Assembly: GCA_002269645.1 (NCBI GenBank)
Contig: NIVC01001322.1
Location: forward strand, 1-64,000
Reading direction: 5' to 3'
Length of the DNA stretch: 64,000 nt
Source: Macrostomum lignano
Lineage: Eukaryota
The notes beneath the pieces were generated by a model. The model was not told where the DNA came from and searched no databases. It worked only from the letters and a program-made list of their open reading frames with translations. Position numbers and translations under genes: made by a program. Below, in pieces: positions 49,108 to 59,972 of the stretch. Every line of letters starts with the position of its first letter. The first letter of the stretch is position 1.

Positions 49108-51806
49108 TCAAGTTGCTGCTCGGGGTCTCAGTCTGGTCTGAGTTAGAGGCACATCCTCATGCTTGTAGCGATGCCTCCTGGCCTGGGCAGTCTCCGCACA
49201 TCTAGTCTTGGTTGTCGCTTCTCCGCCTGAGTTAACTCCCTGCGACTCGTTATTGCCTTTCCCGATTAGCTGCTCCAGTAATTCATGGGACAAAGCGGCC
49301 TCGCTCTCCGTTTGAAGTCCTGTCGAAGTAATGTGGTCCACGTGCCGTTTCCAGACCATGCGGCCTACTTTCACCAGATATGAGAGTTGTGCACGGCGTT
49401 TAAGAATTTCTCCGACGGCCCATTTGTCCTCTCCTTGCTTCCTGAAGTCGAGCACGAGCACATATTCTCCAGGTTCAAACTCACGGGCTACTTATGAAGC
49501 TCCCTTGTCGTGTTGCTGCTTGTGCTGCTCCTGCTTCTCAGCAACTCTTTGCTCGGTGTCCTGGTGAAGATGACTAAGTTTAGTTCTTGGCGTGTACTTT
49601 AGCATCATCTCGCTAGGCGTCTTGCCGGTTGTAGAGTGTGGCGTGACTCGGTAGCGCGCTAGAAAAGCATTTAGGCATCCTAGTGCATCATGAGAGTCCT
49701 TCATGCCCGCTCTTAACGCTCTTTTGGCGGTCTGAACCATTCGTTCGGCTAGTCCATTCGATCTTGGATGCCCCACCGACGTCAGAATTTGTGTGATGCG
49801 GCAGCTTCGAAGGTAGTTTTTAAATTCCTCAGCAGTGAACTGCGACCCATTGTCAGAGAGGATTTGCCTCGGATAACCATATCTCGCGAAAGTTTCCTGC
49901 AGCTTGCTGATCGTGCCATGGGCAGTCGCCGACCTCATCGGGTAAATTTCAACCCACTTGGTTGTGGCATCGACAACGACAAGCCACATGAACCCGTAGC
50001 ATGGACCAAAAAAGTCCAAGTGAAGTCGAGTCCATGCCTTTTCTGGCCAGAGCAACGGCTGCAGTGGCGCCTGTGGCGGCAGGTTCCTCTGCGCTTGGCA
50101 GCCCTTGCATTTGGTTAGAGCCGTCTCGATGTCTTTATCGATCCCTGGGTACCATACATGTAGCCGTGCCAGGGACTTCATGCCACAATGCCGGGGTGCC
50201 CTTCGTGTAGCAGTTGCAGTAGCTGCTGCTTCAGTGAAGCAGGGATCAACATCCTGATGCCCCAAAAGATGACTCCATCTTCAACACTCAGCTCGTTTCG
50301 CCTCGAGTGGTAGGGCTGAAGCTCTTGTTCGCTATGTTCTGGCCACCCAAAACGACAGTATCGCAGAACACGGGACAGATTTCCGTCCATCGCTGTTGCT
50401 CTCTTTAACTCTCCATGGTCGATTGGTTGAGCCTCTATGCGATTCTGGAACACACCATCCTCCGTGGACTTAGTATTCTCCAGCGGCAGTCTTGACAACG
50501 CGTCCGCATTTCCATGTTCGTCTGTCCGCCTGTATTGAATCTCAAACTGATAGGCTGACAGAATCACAGCCCAGCGCTGCAACCGACTGGCAGCTATGCT
50601 TGGAATGTTGTTCTTCGGACCGAATATTGTCACAAGCGGTTTATGGTCAGTGACCAGAATAAACCGTCTGCCGTACAAATACTGGTGGAACTTTTTCACC
50701 GCGAAGACTATTGCTAAACCTTCCTTTTCTATTGCAATATTTGCGAATAGTTCTTCTCAGCCTTGGACAGGCCTCTGGACGCATAACAGATTGGCTTCTC
50801 GTCCGAATCGCTCATAATGTGTGAAAGCACCGCGCCGACACCATAGCATGACGCGTCGGTATGAACAACCAGCGGCTTGTCCGGGTCGTAGTGGACTAGT
50901 ACTTGAGTAGATGTTAGAGCTGACTTGCACGCAACAAATGCTCGTTCACACTCGTTACTCCAAATAAACTCAGCGTCCTTCTGGAGCAATGCATTTAGAG
51001 GTGCTAGGATGTCGGACAGGCCTCTGTTGAACTTCCTGTAGTAGTTTATTAGCCCAACTAGCGAGCGGACTTCTGGAATATTGGTTGGCCTTGGAGCCTC
51101 CGCGATGGCTTTCATAATTCTCGGTGACTGATGCACGCCGTTCTCGTCGATCACGTGACCGAGGAACTCAATCTCGCGCATCATGAATTCACATTTGCTC
51201 TTGTTCAGTTTAATTCCGTGGTTCTACAGCATTCCGTGGTTTGTTATGCTCGCTTTGTGATGCGGCGCTAACGACGATGTCGTCGACGAAACAAATCGCA
51301 TCCGCATCGCTCAGAATCTTGTCCATAGCCTCCTGAAACTGAGCTGAAGAGCTTGCCAGGCCCATAACTAATCTGTTGTATTCGTACAGGCCCATAAGGG
51401 TGTTGATAGTGGTGTACTTGCGGCACTCCTCCTGTAGCTCCAGCTGAAGAAAGGCCTGAGATATGTCCAGTTTTGTAAAGAATTTGCCTCCGCTGAGTCG
51501 AGTAAACAGTTCGTCCGGCTTGCCTATCGGATAAATGTCCACCTCGAGGGCAGGGTTTATGGTTCGCTTATAGTCTGCACAGATTCGTATCGATTTTCCA
51601 TCCTTCTTCAGCATAAGGACGATTGGACTTGCATAGTCAGACGTCTTCACCTTCCGGATAATGTCCTGATTCTCTAGGCTTTTGAGTTCCTGCTCGATGG
51701 CGGGCTTAAGAGCAAATGGTACCGGTCGTGCTTTACAGAACTTTGGAGTTGTGTTCTCCTTGAGATGCAGTCTGGCTGTATAATGTTTTATCTTTTCCAA
51801 GACCAT
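49108..51806 (-). pseudogene. Gypsy pol (RT, RNase H, integrase), broken into at least five frames
   Basis: RICADYK, KLDISQAF, FVDDIVV (RT); VHTDASCYGVGAVL, TDHKPL (RNH); HEGHPG, RLHLDFFGP, SDNGSQF, NGLAERMVQT (INT). Confidence 0.88.
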
Positions 51807-53154
51807 CTGAGAATAATTCCGAATTTTCTTCTAGAATCGTCTTGAGCTCGTGATCAGCATCGAGGGAAAGAATTCCCACTGCTGACGCTTCTCCCGCGTA
51901 TTTCCGGGCCAGGGGATCAAGCTGCGTTATCCAATCGCGACCTAGCAGGTTCTGCTTTGTGCCGTCAGTGACGACGACCTGCAGCTCCGTCGCAATGTCG
52001 CCAATTACAACCTGAACCACAGCCTCTCCAAGTAGGGGAATCTGTTCGTTAGAATAAGATGGGAGGACCAAGGTCGTGCCGCGCGGTTTAACTCGGATTA
52101 GTTCCGCTGTCGATTTGTTTACAATTGTGCGCTCGGCGCCGGTGTCCACTTCGAATTTAATCGGAGACCCGTTGACTTGCAGTGTCTCTGTGAAAGGCTT
52201 GAACCGAGCCTTCTGTGCGCTCATTCGTTTAGCCTCGTAATTTGAATTGACAGCGACGTTCTTGACGTCAGAGAAATCGTACGACTCCTCACTACTGCCG
52301 GGGCTTCCATTTGCGCTCAGATGCTTTATTTTTTTACCTTTGTAGCTCTGCTTGGGTTCGAACTTCTTCTTGCTGTGCGGCGGTTGGTTTCCGCTGAGCT
52401 GCTTATGCTTCGTCCTGCACGCCTTCTCAACATGACCTGGTTTATTGCATCGACTGCAGACATGCGATCTTTTGGGACAGCTTCTCGTCCAGTGCCCAGA
52501 AGAGAGGCACCTGTAGCACCGGTCGTCTGAACTGGCCGGATTCGTCGGTCCCGATCCCTTAGCAGATGATCTTCCATATACCGCATTGGCCTGAGCCAGG
52601 CCGACAATGTCTCTTCCAGTGTGGATCTGCATTGCACCCTTCTCTGCGATTTCGATTGCTGTCGAGATTTTAACTGCGTCGTCCAGTGAAACATCGTCCT
52701 CCTGCAGCAGCCTTTGCTGTGTCAGCTTGCTTCGTGGTCCACAAACCAGTCTGTCTCTGATCGCCTCCGATAAAAAGCCTCCAAACGAACAGGTCGCCGC
52801 CAACTTCCGTAGCTGCGCGACGTACTCTGCAATGGATTCGCCTTCCTGCTGGCTTCGGTGATGAAAGTTGTATCTCTCGACGATTCTTTTCGGCGTTGGG
52901 GTGAAATGCGTTCGTAACTTTTCAATTAAATCATCGTAGGATTTGTCCTTCGGGGAGTCTGGAGACAGTAAGTCTCTGAGCAACGTATAGCAGTCTTCAC
53001 CAATTACTGTGATGAGCTCGGCTCGCTTAATCTCCTCTTTGGTGATGGATTTAGCGATGAAGTATTTTTCCAGACGCTCCTCGTATACAGTCCACCTTTC
53101 AGGTCGTGCCGGATCAAATGTGCTGATTTTCGAAGCAGTATTTGGCGCAGTCAT
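51733..53154 (-). CDS. Gypsy gag-protease ORF (ATG at 53154)
   Basis: Gag (YEERLEKYF, ERYNFHHRSQQEGES); two CCHC knuckles (CYRC..GH...C, CSRC..GH..AC); protease VDTGA. Confidence 0.88.
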   Translation of the reverse strand: MTAPNTASKISTFDPARPERWTVYEERLEKYFIAKSITKEEIKRAELITVIGEDCYTLLRDLLSPDSPKDKSYDDLIEKLRTHFTPTPKRIVERYNFHHRSQQEGESIAEYVAQLRKLAATCSFGGFLSEAIRDRLVCGPRSKLTQQRLLQEDDVSLDDAVKISTAIEIAEKGAMQIHTGRDIVGLAQANAVYGRSSAKGSGPTNPASSDDRCYRCLSSGHWTRSCPKRSHVCSRCNKPGHVEKACRTKHKQLSGNQPPHSKKKFEPKQSYKGKKIKHLSANGSPGSSEESYDFSDVKNVAVNSNYEAKRMSAQKARFKPFTETLQVNGSPIKFEVDTGAERTIVNKSTAELIRVKPRGTTLVLPSYSNEQIPLLGEAVVQVVIGDIATELQVVVTDGTKQNLLGRDWITQLDPLARKYAGEASAVGILSLDADHELKTILEENSELFSDGLGKDKTLYSQTASQGEHNSKVL

Positions 53155-53186
53155 TTTGTCTTCTTCTGAAGAATCCTCGTCGCCAA

Positions 53187-53265
53187 TGTTACATCCGACT
53201 TCCGTTACCAACTCCGAAATCCGTTACCGACTTCCGAAATATACTTTATATGCGCATATACCACA
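53187..53265 (-). repeat. 5' LTR, only 79 bp
   Basis: 28-bp and 30-bp LTR termini joined by a 21-bp filler that repeats local motifs; PBS adjacent. Confidence 0.8.
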
Positions 53266-53471
53266 TCCTGTCTGACAGCTAGAAGGTGGCGCTGTACTAT
53301 GCAGTGGTAGAGGTCATATCCTGCTTTCTTTACAAACCCCAAGACTTGGAAATTGACGTATTAACTTGCGCATACAAGACTGTCGGCAGAAACCAGAGAA
53401 CTCTTCGCGCAAGGGCCACCGTTATAAGGACGAACATAAGTTTCTCTCAACAGTTTCTCTAAATAATCTCT

Positions 53472-53728
53472 GGGGGTTCGATTTCCGATCCCACTGGAAC
53501 GATTGTGTCCTTGGGCAAGACACTTAATTCTGCATTGCTTCAGTTCACCCAGCTGTAAAATGGGTGCCAGCATTAGCTGAGGTAATTGAATGTGTGTGTG
53601 GCGGCCCTCCAGTCCTTGGACTGAACAACCGTAAGCAGCCTTCAGCGCGGAGTGGCTGCGGCTGAGCTGTCGGTTGCACATCTGTTTATTTAGGCGGGTT
53701 TAGTTAAATATTTTATTAATATTATTTA
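53472..53728 (+). mobile_element. CORE-SINE-like element, copy 2
   Basis: Colinear with 6585-6850; B-box-like GGTTCGATTTCC; possible A-box-like head near 53290-53313. Confidence 0.7.
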
Positions 53729-54147
53729 CTCTCTAGTCTCTGGTCTAACACCCCGCGGCTGATGAACGACTGAAGACCGCATGTCTTAAACTTGCTGACG
53801 ACAGCCTGGTACTTGCTAGGCTTGGTTTGTCCCCCCGTTTCTCATTGGGTTCCCCTGTCTCTTGGTTGGCGCCCCTGTCTGTCAGGCTGGTGGATGCCAC
53901 GTCTGAGAGGAGGCAAAAGTTGAGCTCTTGACATTTGTCAATCTCAGCCTTCCATGAAGTCCGATAAATCTCTAGTGAAGTCTTTTGTCAGACGCATTAC
54001 TAAGAACTTTCATATGATTAATAATTATTAACCCTCTCTGCCTCCCACTGATCCTCATCTTAAATCAGATAAACACATTAGCGATTAGATAAATTAAATT
54101 ATCAGACGATGGATCAGGAAACTCTGAAAATATTTAGTGGTTTCGTC

Positions 54148-54410
54148 CTAATAATAGTAATAATAATAATAATAATATTAATAATAATAACAATAATATT
54201 GATAATACTTGATTACACTTGCCCTAATGGCCAGATGTGCAACCGACAGCTCAGCCGCAGCCACTGCGCGGCGCATCTGAAGGCTGCGTACGGCTGTTCA
54301 GTCCAAGGACTGGGGGGTCGCCACACACACCTTCAATTACCTCAGCTAATGCTGGTACCCATTTTACAGCTGGGTGAACTGAAGCAATGCAGAGTTAAGT
54401 ATCTTGCTTA
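54148..54410 (-). mobile_element. CORE-SINE-like element, copy 3 (5'-truncated, with (TTA)n tail)
   Basis: Reverse complement of copies 1 and 2; (AAT)n run at 54148-54205. Confidence 0.7.
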
Positions 54411-55612
54411 GCAAAATCTGAGACTATAGTATTATCTGAAAATTTCTGCCAATTGACTGCTACTATTGCTCTATTGTATCCTAGCTTATGTATAGCTAGG
54501 TCGAGGACCTATATATCAATAAGACATGGTAGCGCTCAGGCTCACCCTTAATCCTAACGGGTAAGCAGATGCGATTAAGCAAGTGTTGGGTAGTAGAATT
54601 TGAGAAGTAACAGACAAGCAACTAAAATCGAAGAATTTTTATAATAAATTCCCCCCTCCCACGCAACGTTCATATCGTCGCATGATGTGCCGTTCCTAGA
54701 CTTGCAATTCTGGCCGATTTTCACGGACCTTTCTTGCACGAGCGTCATCTGATGAAATGGCTTAATACTGGATGCAGTTGGATCCCCGCCCCACATAAAA
54801 ACAAAAAGACCCTTTAAAGTTGAAGCAGATTTTTAAGGCGGCCTGCACTCACCCTTTACAATGCCATCATTAAGCACTTGTCGCCGTCCAAAACTGCCAC
54901 ACCACCACGTTCTGATAACACTGTAAATTTCTAACTTCATAACCTAATCTAACATTAATTCTATTATTAATGGTCCCTACAATAGTTGATCCTCACAGTG
55001 AAGTCCGTGTTCAATCCGTGACAACATATATTGGCCATAGTAGGCCATGGACAACTAAAGTAGGACGCTTCACTCGATTTCTTAGAAGGAACGTTTATTT
55101 GTCGCATTGCCAGTGCATTTGTTATGCTCTAGAGAACACATAGCGCTCAATGGGGTTTCACCATCGTCTCTTTACAAGCTTTTAGGCTTTAGAAGGTAAA
55201 AAAATATTTGTGACGGCAACGCCCTCGCTTAGCAGTTTTTGGACATGTGGGCTGTGCACAGAGAAAATCGATCGATGTTAAAGCATAGAGGCTGGGTGGA
55301 GAGGAAAAACACAAAGAGCTATCATTGTGCTGGTTTGGGTATCCAGTGATTAGGAAGCAGTCACTGGCGAATCTGGAATTTCTTTTTAGAGGGACACGTG
55401 CGGCAGATTCTATGGATTCCTGATAAAGAGAGCTCCGCATAGAGCTTATCTGCTCACAAAAGACTTCAAAGATAAAATTCTCCATCAGTTATTCGAATCG
55501 CAAACCTTTATTCTTATCAGGCAGAGTGTGTCATCATAAAAATCAGTTGCAAAAAGCCAAGAGCCAGTGTAATATTGCTCCCAACACTGAGCACCCCAGC
55601 TGAGCGAGGCAA

Positions 55613-57229
55613 ATGCGAGCCAACAGGCTTCTTGCTGCGCCGCTGCGGGCAGCCTGCCAGCTGCAAAGTTTGGCTAAGCGCGGCTGCGTGAAGTGCCTTC
55701 GCTTTTTGATGCTAAACGTCGCCAAGATTTCAATCTGCTGCTGTCTCACCATGGCGGCCATGTTTATGCTGCTAGTATTCTCCACTCTGTTCTACAGCGT
55801 CTATATGTCAGTGAAGTACGGCCGGGTGAACTCTGCGCCAGACCCGCTTGAAGCGTTTTCCAGCGAATTCGATGAATATGATCAGTCAGAAGGCGCGGAT
55901 TGGAGTGCCCGAAGGCAGCGTCAACGGCTACTAAGGTTGCAACATGACCTGGAGCAGCGCGGCGGCGGTGGCGGCTGGAGGCGCCGAATTCGACTGGCAA
56001 AAGCTCGACTCGCCAGAAAGCGACAACGAGTTGCAAAGTCCGATGACTTCGTCGACGAGGAGCCGTTCGTCGGCGAGAACATCAACGATGGCCAACTGCA
56101 GGATGCGCCGCTGACAACGCAAAAACCTATCAGAGCGATGGAAGTCAAGCCCCGGCATCTGTCACGAAAGGTAAAGCTGATGAACAGCATGTTGACCTCT
56201 CTTAATCAGCGAAGTTAAAGTCCAAAAATTCTTAGTGGATTCTTTTCTCTCTTTAGTACACTAATGCACCCATAATCTTACTGAAACTCACAGGCTCGAG
56301 ACACGCGTGCGCGCTTAAGGCAGCTTGAAGAGGATTCCAGGCTCAAGTGTCGAAACGCCGTGGCAGAAGTTTTTTCCAACCCGTTTGCCAAAGTAAAGTA
56401 TCGCCATGTTGAGCAGAGTGTATGTACCAGCGAAGTTGATATTCTTATCTTGGTCCAGTCGCACTGGTCGCACTACGAGCGCAGAGAGCTCATTAGGAGC
56501 ACCTATGGATCGCTGAACAATGTCAGGGACAGCATTGTCCGATTGGTGTTCGTCACCGGCTTGCCTGAGGGCAGCGGCGAGCGAGTTGCAATCCTACAGG
56601 AGAGCCGCAGCTATCGTGACATTGTTCTCGGGGAGTTTTCCGATAGGGTTTCGAAGAGATTGGAGAAAGACTTTCTAAGCTTGCACTGGGCCCTAAATTA
56701 TTGTCCGACGGCGAAGTTTGTCACCAAGTTATCCGATGACACGTTCGTGGACACGGTGCATCTGGCCACCTTTCTTGATAGGTCTCCAATGCAGGAGTTT
56801 CTCTACTGCAATATCAAGCGCGATCGCAAACCGTTGCCTCGTTTCATAGGTCGGCGGATACTTAGAGGCGTCAAAGCCAAGATAAAAACGCTGCCGCACT
56901 GCGCTTCAACCGGTTTCGTGGCGACATCGTCTAGCTTGGCTCAAATGCTTGGCTGCAGTCAAGCCCTCCATCCGCTCGTCCCCGGTTGGTCAGCAGGGGA
57001 CTTCTTTACAGGAGCCGCGGTGACAACAGCGGGACTGAGCCTCGTAGATACCTGGAAAGGGCATGAATTCGGCGAGCTAAACCGCAACACGGCTTTGCCA
57101 CCAGTGGCCAACGACTACATCTTCCTGACCGTGCGACGAAAGCCCGACGGTCAATCAATGCCAGGCGACGAGTCCGTACAGAGATTTTTGTGGCGAGCCA
57201 CGTGGAAGTACCTTGTTGCGCAGATCTAA
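55613..57229 (+). CDS. GT31-family beta-1,3-galactosyltransferase-like type II membrane protein; exons 55613(or 55709)-56170 and 56294-57229
   Basis: N-terminal TM helix; phase-0 intron 56171-56293 (AAG|GTAAAG...CACAG|GCT) keeps the frame; motifs RRELIRSTYG, LVFVTG, ESRSYRDIV, KFVTKLSDDTFV. Confidence 0.82.
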
Positions 57230-58812
57230 CGAAGGATCACTTGCAAGCAGTAAGAGACTGTGACACTATGAACTATAGTCGTCTAAAACAGATTATTGAC
57301 ATTCGATTTCATGAGGTGTTAATTTTAAAGGTTAAAAACTCTAGCTAAAGTCATCTAGGTGTTACATGGTTCTGTACGTTTTGTAATACGAGCTGCAACC
57401 ATTTGTCAAGCCAATAGAGCCTAGCAGCAAGCAAATTAATTTTTAGCGAGAGAATCAAGCTATTGACGACTTGCTATTGAAGGGGACTGCATACTTCGTT
57501 GTTTGTTGTTGATTCGCCCGCCGCAATGGATTGAATTGCTTCCTCCAAGTATCAGTAGTTGGCTTGGGATATATATATATATATCTTTGAATCGACAGTA
57601 TACCTTTGAATCGCGACTTCGTCAAAAGTGACTTAATTCAATTTTGGCAACACAGTAAACTGAATGGAAAGCTGCGGAGGTGCCAATCTCCTGTTTGAAA
57701 GCAGATCTAACGAGGCGTCTGACTGACCCACGCACCTTAAAGGAGATTTGGGACAGGCAGGCTACAGTGCAGGCTGGTGAGACGCTACAGCAGCAGCGTC
57801 GTCGCCTGGACGCATTTCGACGGCTCAAATGGAGGCAGTGTCTACAGGTCCACCCCTTTCAGCAGCGGCACGAACACGTGCTGCGCTATGGACCCCTCTG
57901 TTTCACCTGCAATGACATTAATCACTGTTGGTTTTCAGTGAACAACAGTAACAGTGTTAGTGACCGTGCTTAGTGCTGAAATCTTGCCTTCTTGTTCGTT
58001 TGTTACACTTTGCCGTTCAGTTTATTTTGCTGCCAAAATTGAAGTTCAAATTGTGGAAGACACACTTTAACCTACAGCTGATCATTTCTACCTCCAAAAC
58101 CATATACACGACTAACCATCGACATGTCTGTTTTACGATATGGGCTGCCAAGCTGCATCTAATTCGGTAATACTGTCTCTTGGATAGGTTGTAAGAAAAA
58201 GTTTGTTATTTCCATGGCATAGCTACGTGAAGTTTGCATTGCGACAGGTCTTCGTTAGAAAAAAATGGGTAGCTAGTTTACCTTGAAGTTATGCTTAATT
58301 CCTTTATCTAGCTTGTTTATAGGAAGCACTACACTGAAGAAAAATGTTCTAACTAGCAGTATTCTCATACCAACCCCTCCTCACCTCACCTCAACCACGG
58401 CTCTAGTTAAGAAAAACCATGTCATTTTCGAATTAACAATCAAATTTTACTCGGAGTTTTAAGCTCGATATTATAAACAAAAGTAATTTACATTTTTATG
58501 TTTCAAAAAATGAGTTTTCCTTTGCCAATGGCGTGTATATACGCACTAAGCGTAATGACATCAGTTTGTTTTCTATGATTTCCTGAAGCCAAAGAATGCT
58601 TCAATAGCTCTTTTACACTCAGGATAACTTTAGGTTAAATGAATAAAAATATCAGTTGATATTTAACGAACTATTTCAAAAAGTAAAAAGGCTATTTTGG
58701 CCAGAGCAAACGGGTAGTGTGATTTTAAACAATTCTCACTCTGTGATAAGTAAAAACTTTTAACGGAAAGCACTGGTTAGAGAACATTGAATCCTGACTC
58801 GTGATAGCGCTC

Positions 58813-59760
58813 CATGCTTAATTCCAATCCAGAATCTCATTAGCATAGCACTCCATGCTAACCAATCCAGACTCCTATTAGCACTCCATGCTAACCAATC
58901 CAGACTCCTGTTAGCACTCCATGCTAACCAATCCAGACTCCTGTTAGCACTACATGCTTTCCAATCCAGACTCCTATTAGCACTCCATGCTTTCCAATCC
59001 AGACTCCTATTAGCACTCCATGCTTTCCAATCCAAACTCCTATCAGCACTCCATGCTTTCCAATCCAGACTCCTATCAGCACTCCATGCTTTCCAATCCA
59101 GACTCCTATTAGCACTCCATGCTTTCCAATCCAGACTCCTAGTAGCTCTCCATCCATGCTATCCGATTCAGAATCCTAGTAGCACTCCATGCTTTCCAAT
59201 CCAGACTCCTATTAGCACTCCATGCTTTCCAATCCAGACTCCTATTAGCACTCCATGCTTTCCAATCCAGACTCCTATTAGCACTCCATGCTTTCCAATC
59301 CAGACTCCTATTAGCACTCCATGCTTTCCAATCCAGAATCCTATTAGCACTCCATGCTATCCGATTCAGAATCCTAGTAGCTCTCCATCCATGCTATCCG
59401 ATCCAGACTCCTTTTAGCACTCCATGCTTTCCAATCCAGACTCCTAGTAGCACTCCATGCTTTCCAATCCAGACTCCTATTAGCACTCCATGCTTTCCAA
59501 TCCAGACTCCTATTAGCACTCCATGCTTTCCAATCCAGAATCCTATTAGCACTCCATGCTTTCCAATCCAGACTCCTATTAGCACTCCATGCTTTCCAAT
59601 CCAGATCCTATTAGCACTCCATAATTATTAGCACTCCATGCTTTCCAATCCAGAATCCTCACTCCATGCGATTCAGACCTAGTAGCTGCTATCCGATCCA
59701 GACTCCTTTTAGCACTCCATGCTTTCTAATCCAAACTCCTATTAGCACTCCATGCTGTTC
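58813..59760. repeat. 33-bp minisatellite (ATTAGCACTCCATGCTTTCCAATCCAGACTCCT), about 28 copies
   Basis: Direct reading. Confidence 0.95.
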
Positions 59761-59972
59761 AATCGAGACCGGCTGCGTGATGCAGTGAGAACAATAATTT
59801 GTTAAGGTTTCTGTGTCGTTTATTTTAAGGAGGAATTCAACGTTAAGTTAATAGAATTCAAAAAGAAGAATTACAACGTAAACTAAAAGGCATAATAGCT
59901 ACAACTTTTAAACAAAAGTACACACAGAATCGAACGAGCTGTCAATCACAATGGCTCAGAATTTCCAATTGT

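Larger units (their letters stand above)
47877..53265 (-). mobile_element. Ty3/Gypsy LTR retrotransposon (5,389 bp; gag-PR-RT-RNH-INT, several frameshifts)
   Basis: TG...CA LTR ends shared at 47877-47904/53187-53214 and 49001-49030/53236-53265; PBS TGGCGACGAG at 53176-53185; PPT AAGGGGAGA at 49035-49043; flanks CCCTG/TCCTG (4 of 5 match). Confidence 0.9.

Noticed and set aside
47877-53265. Classification as a DIRS/Ngaro YR retroelement
   Set aside because: It has a protease, DDE integrase, PBS, PPT and TG...CA ends typical of Gypsy; the YR is partial and antisense
53750-53790. CTGATGA...CTGA as a hammerhead core or C/D snoRNA
   Set aside because: No GAAA/stem III, and the box spacing is far too short for a snoRNA
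57680-57973. 97-aa GC-rich ORF downstream of the GT31 gene
   Set aside because: GTG start, no recognisable domain and no supported splice sites; cannot be called
58760-59585. ORFs of (IGVWIGKHGVL)n or (DWKAWSANRSL)n
   Set aside because: Products of the 33-bp satellite; indels break the frames
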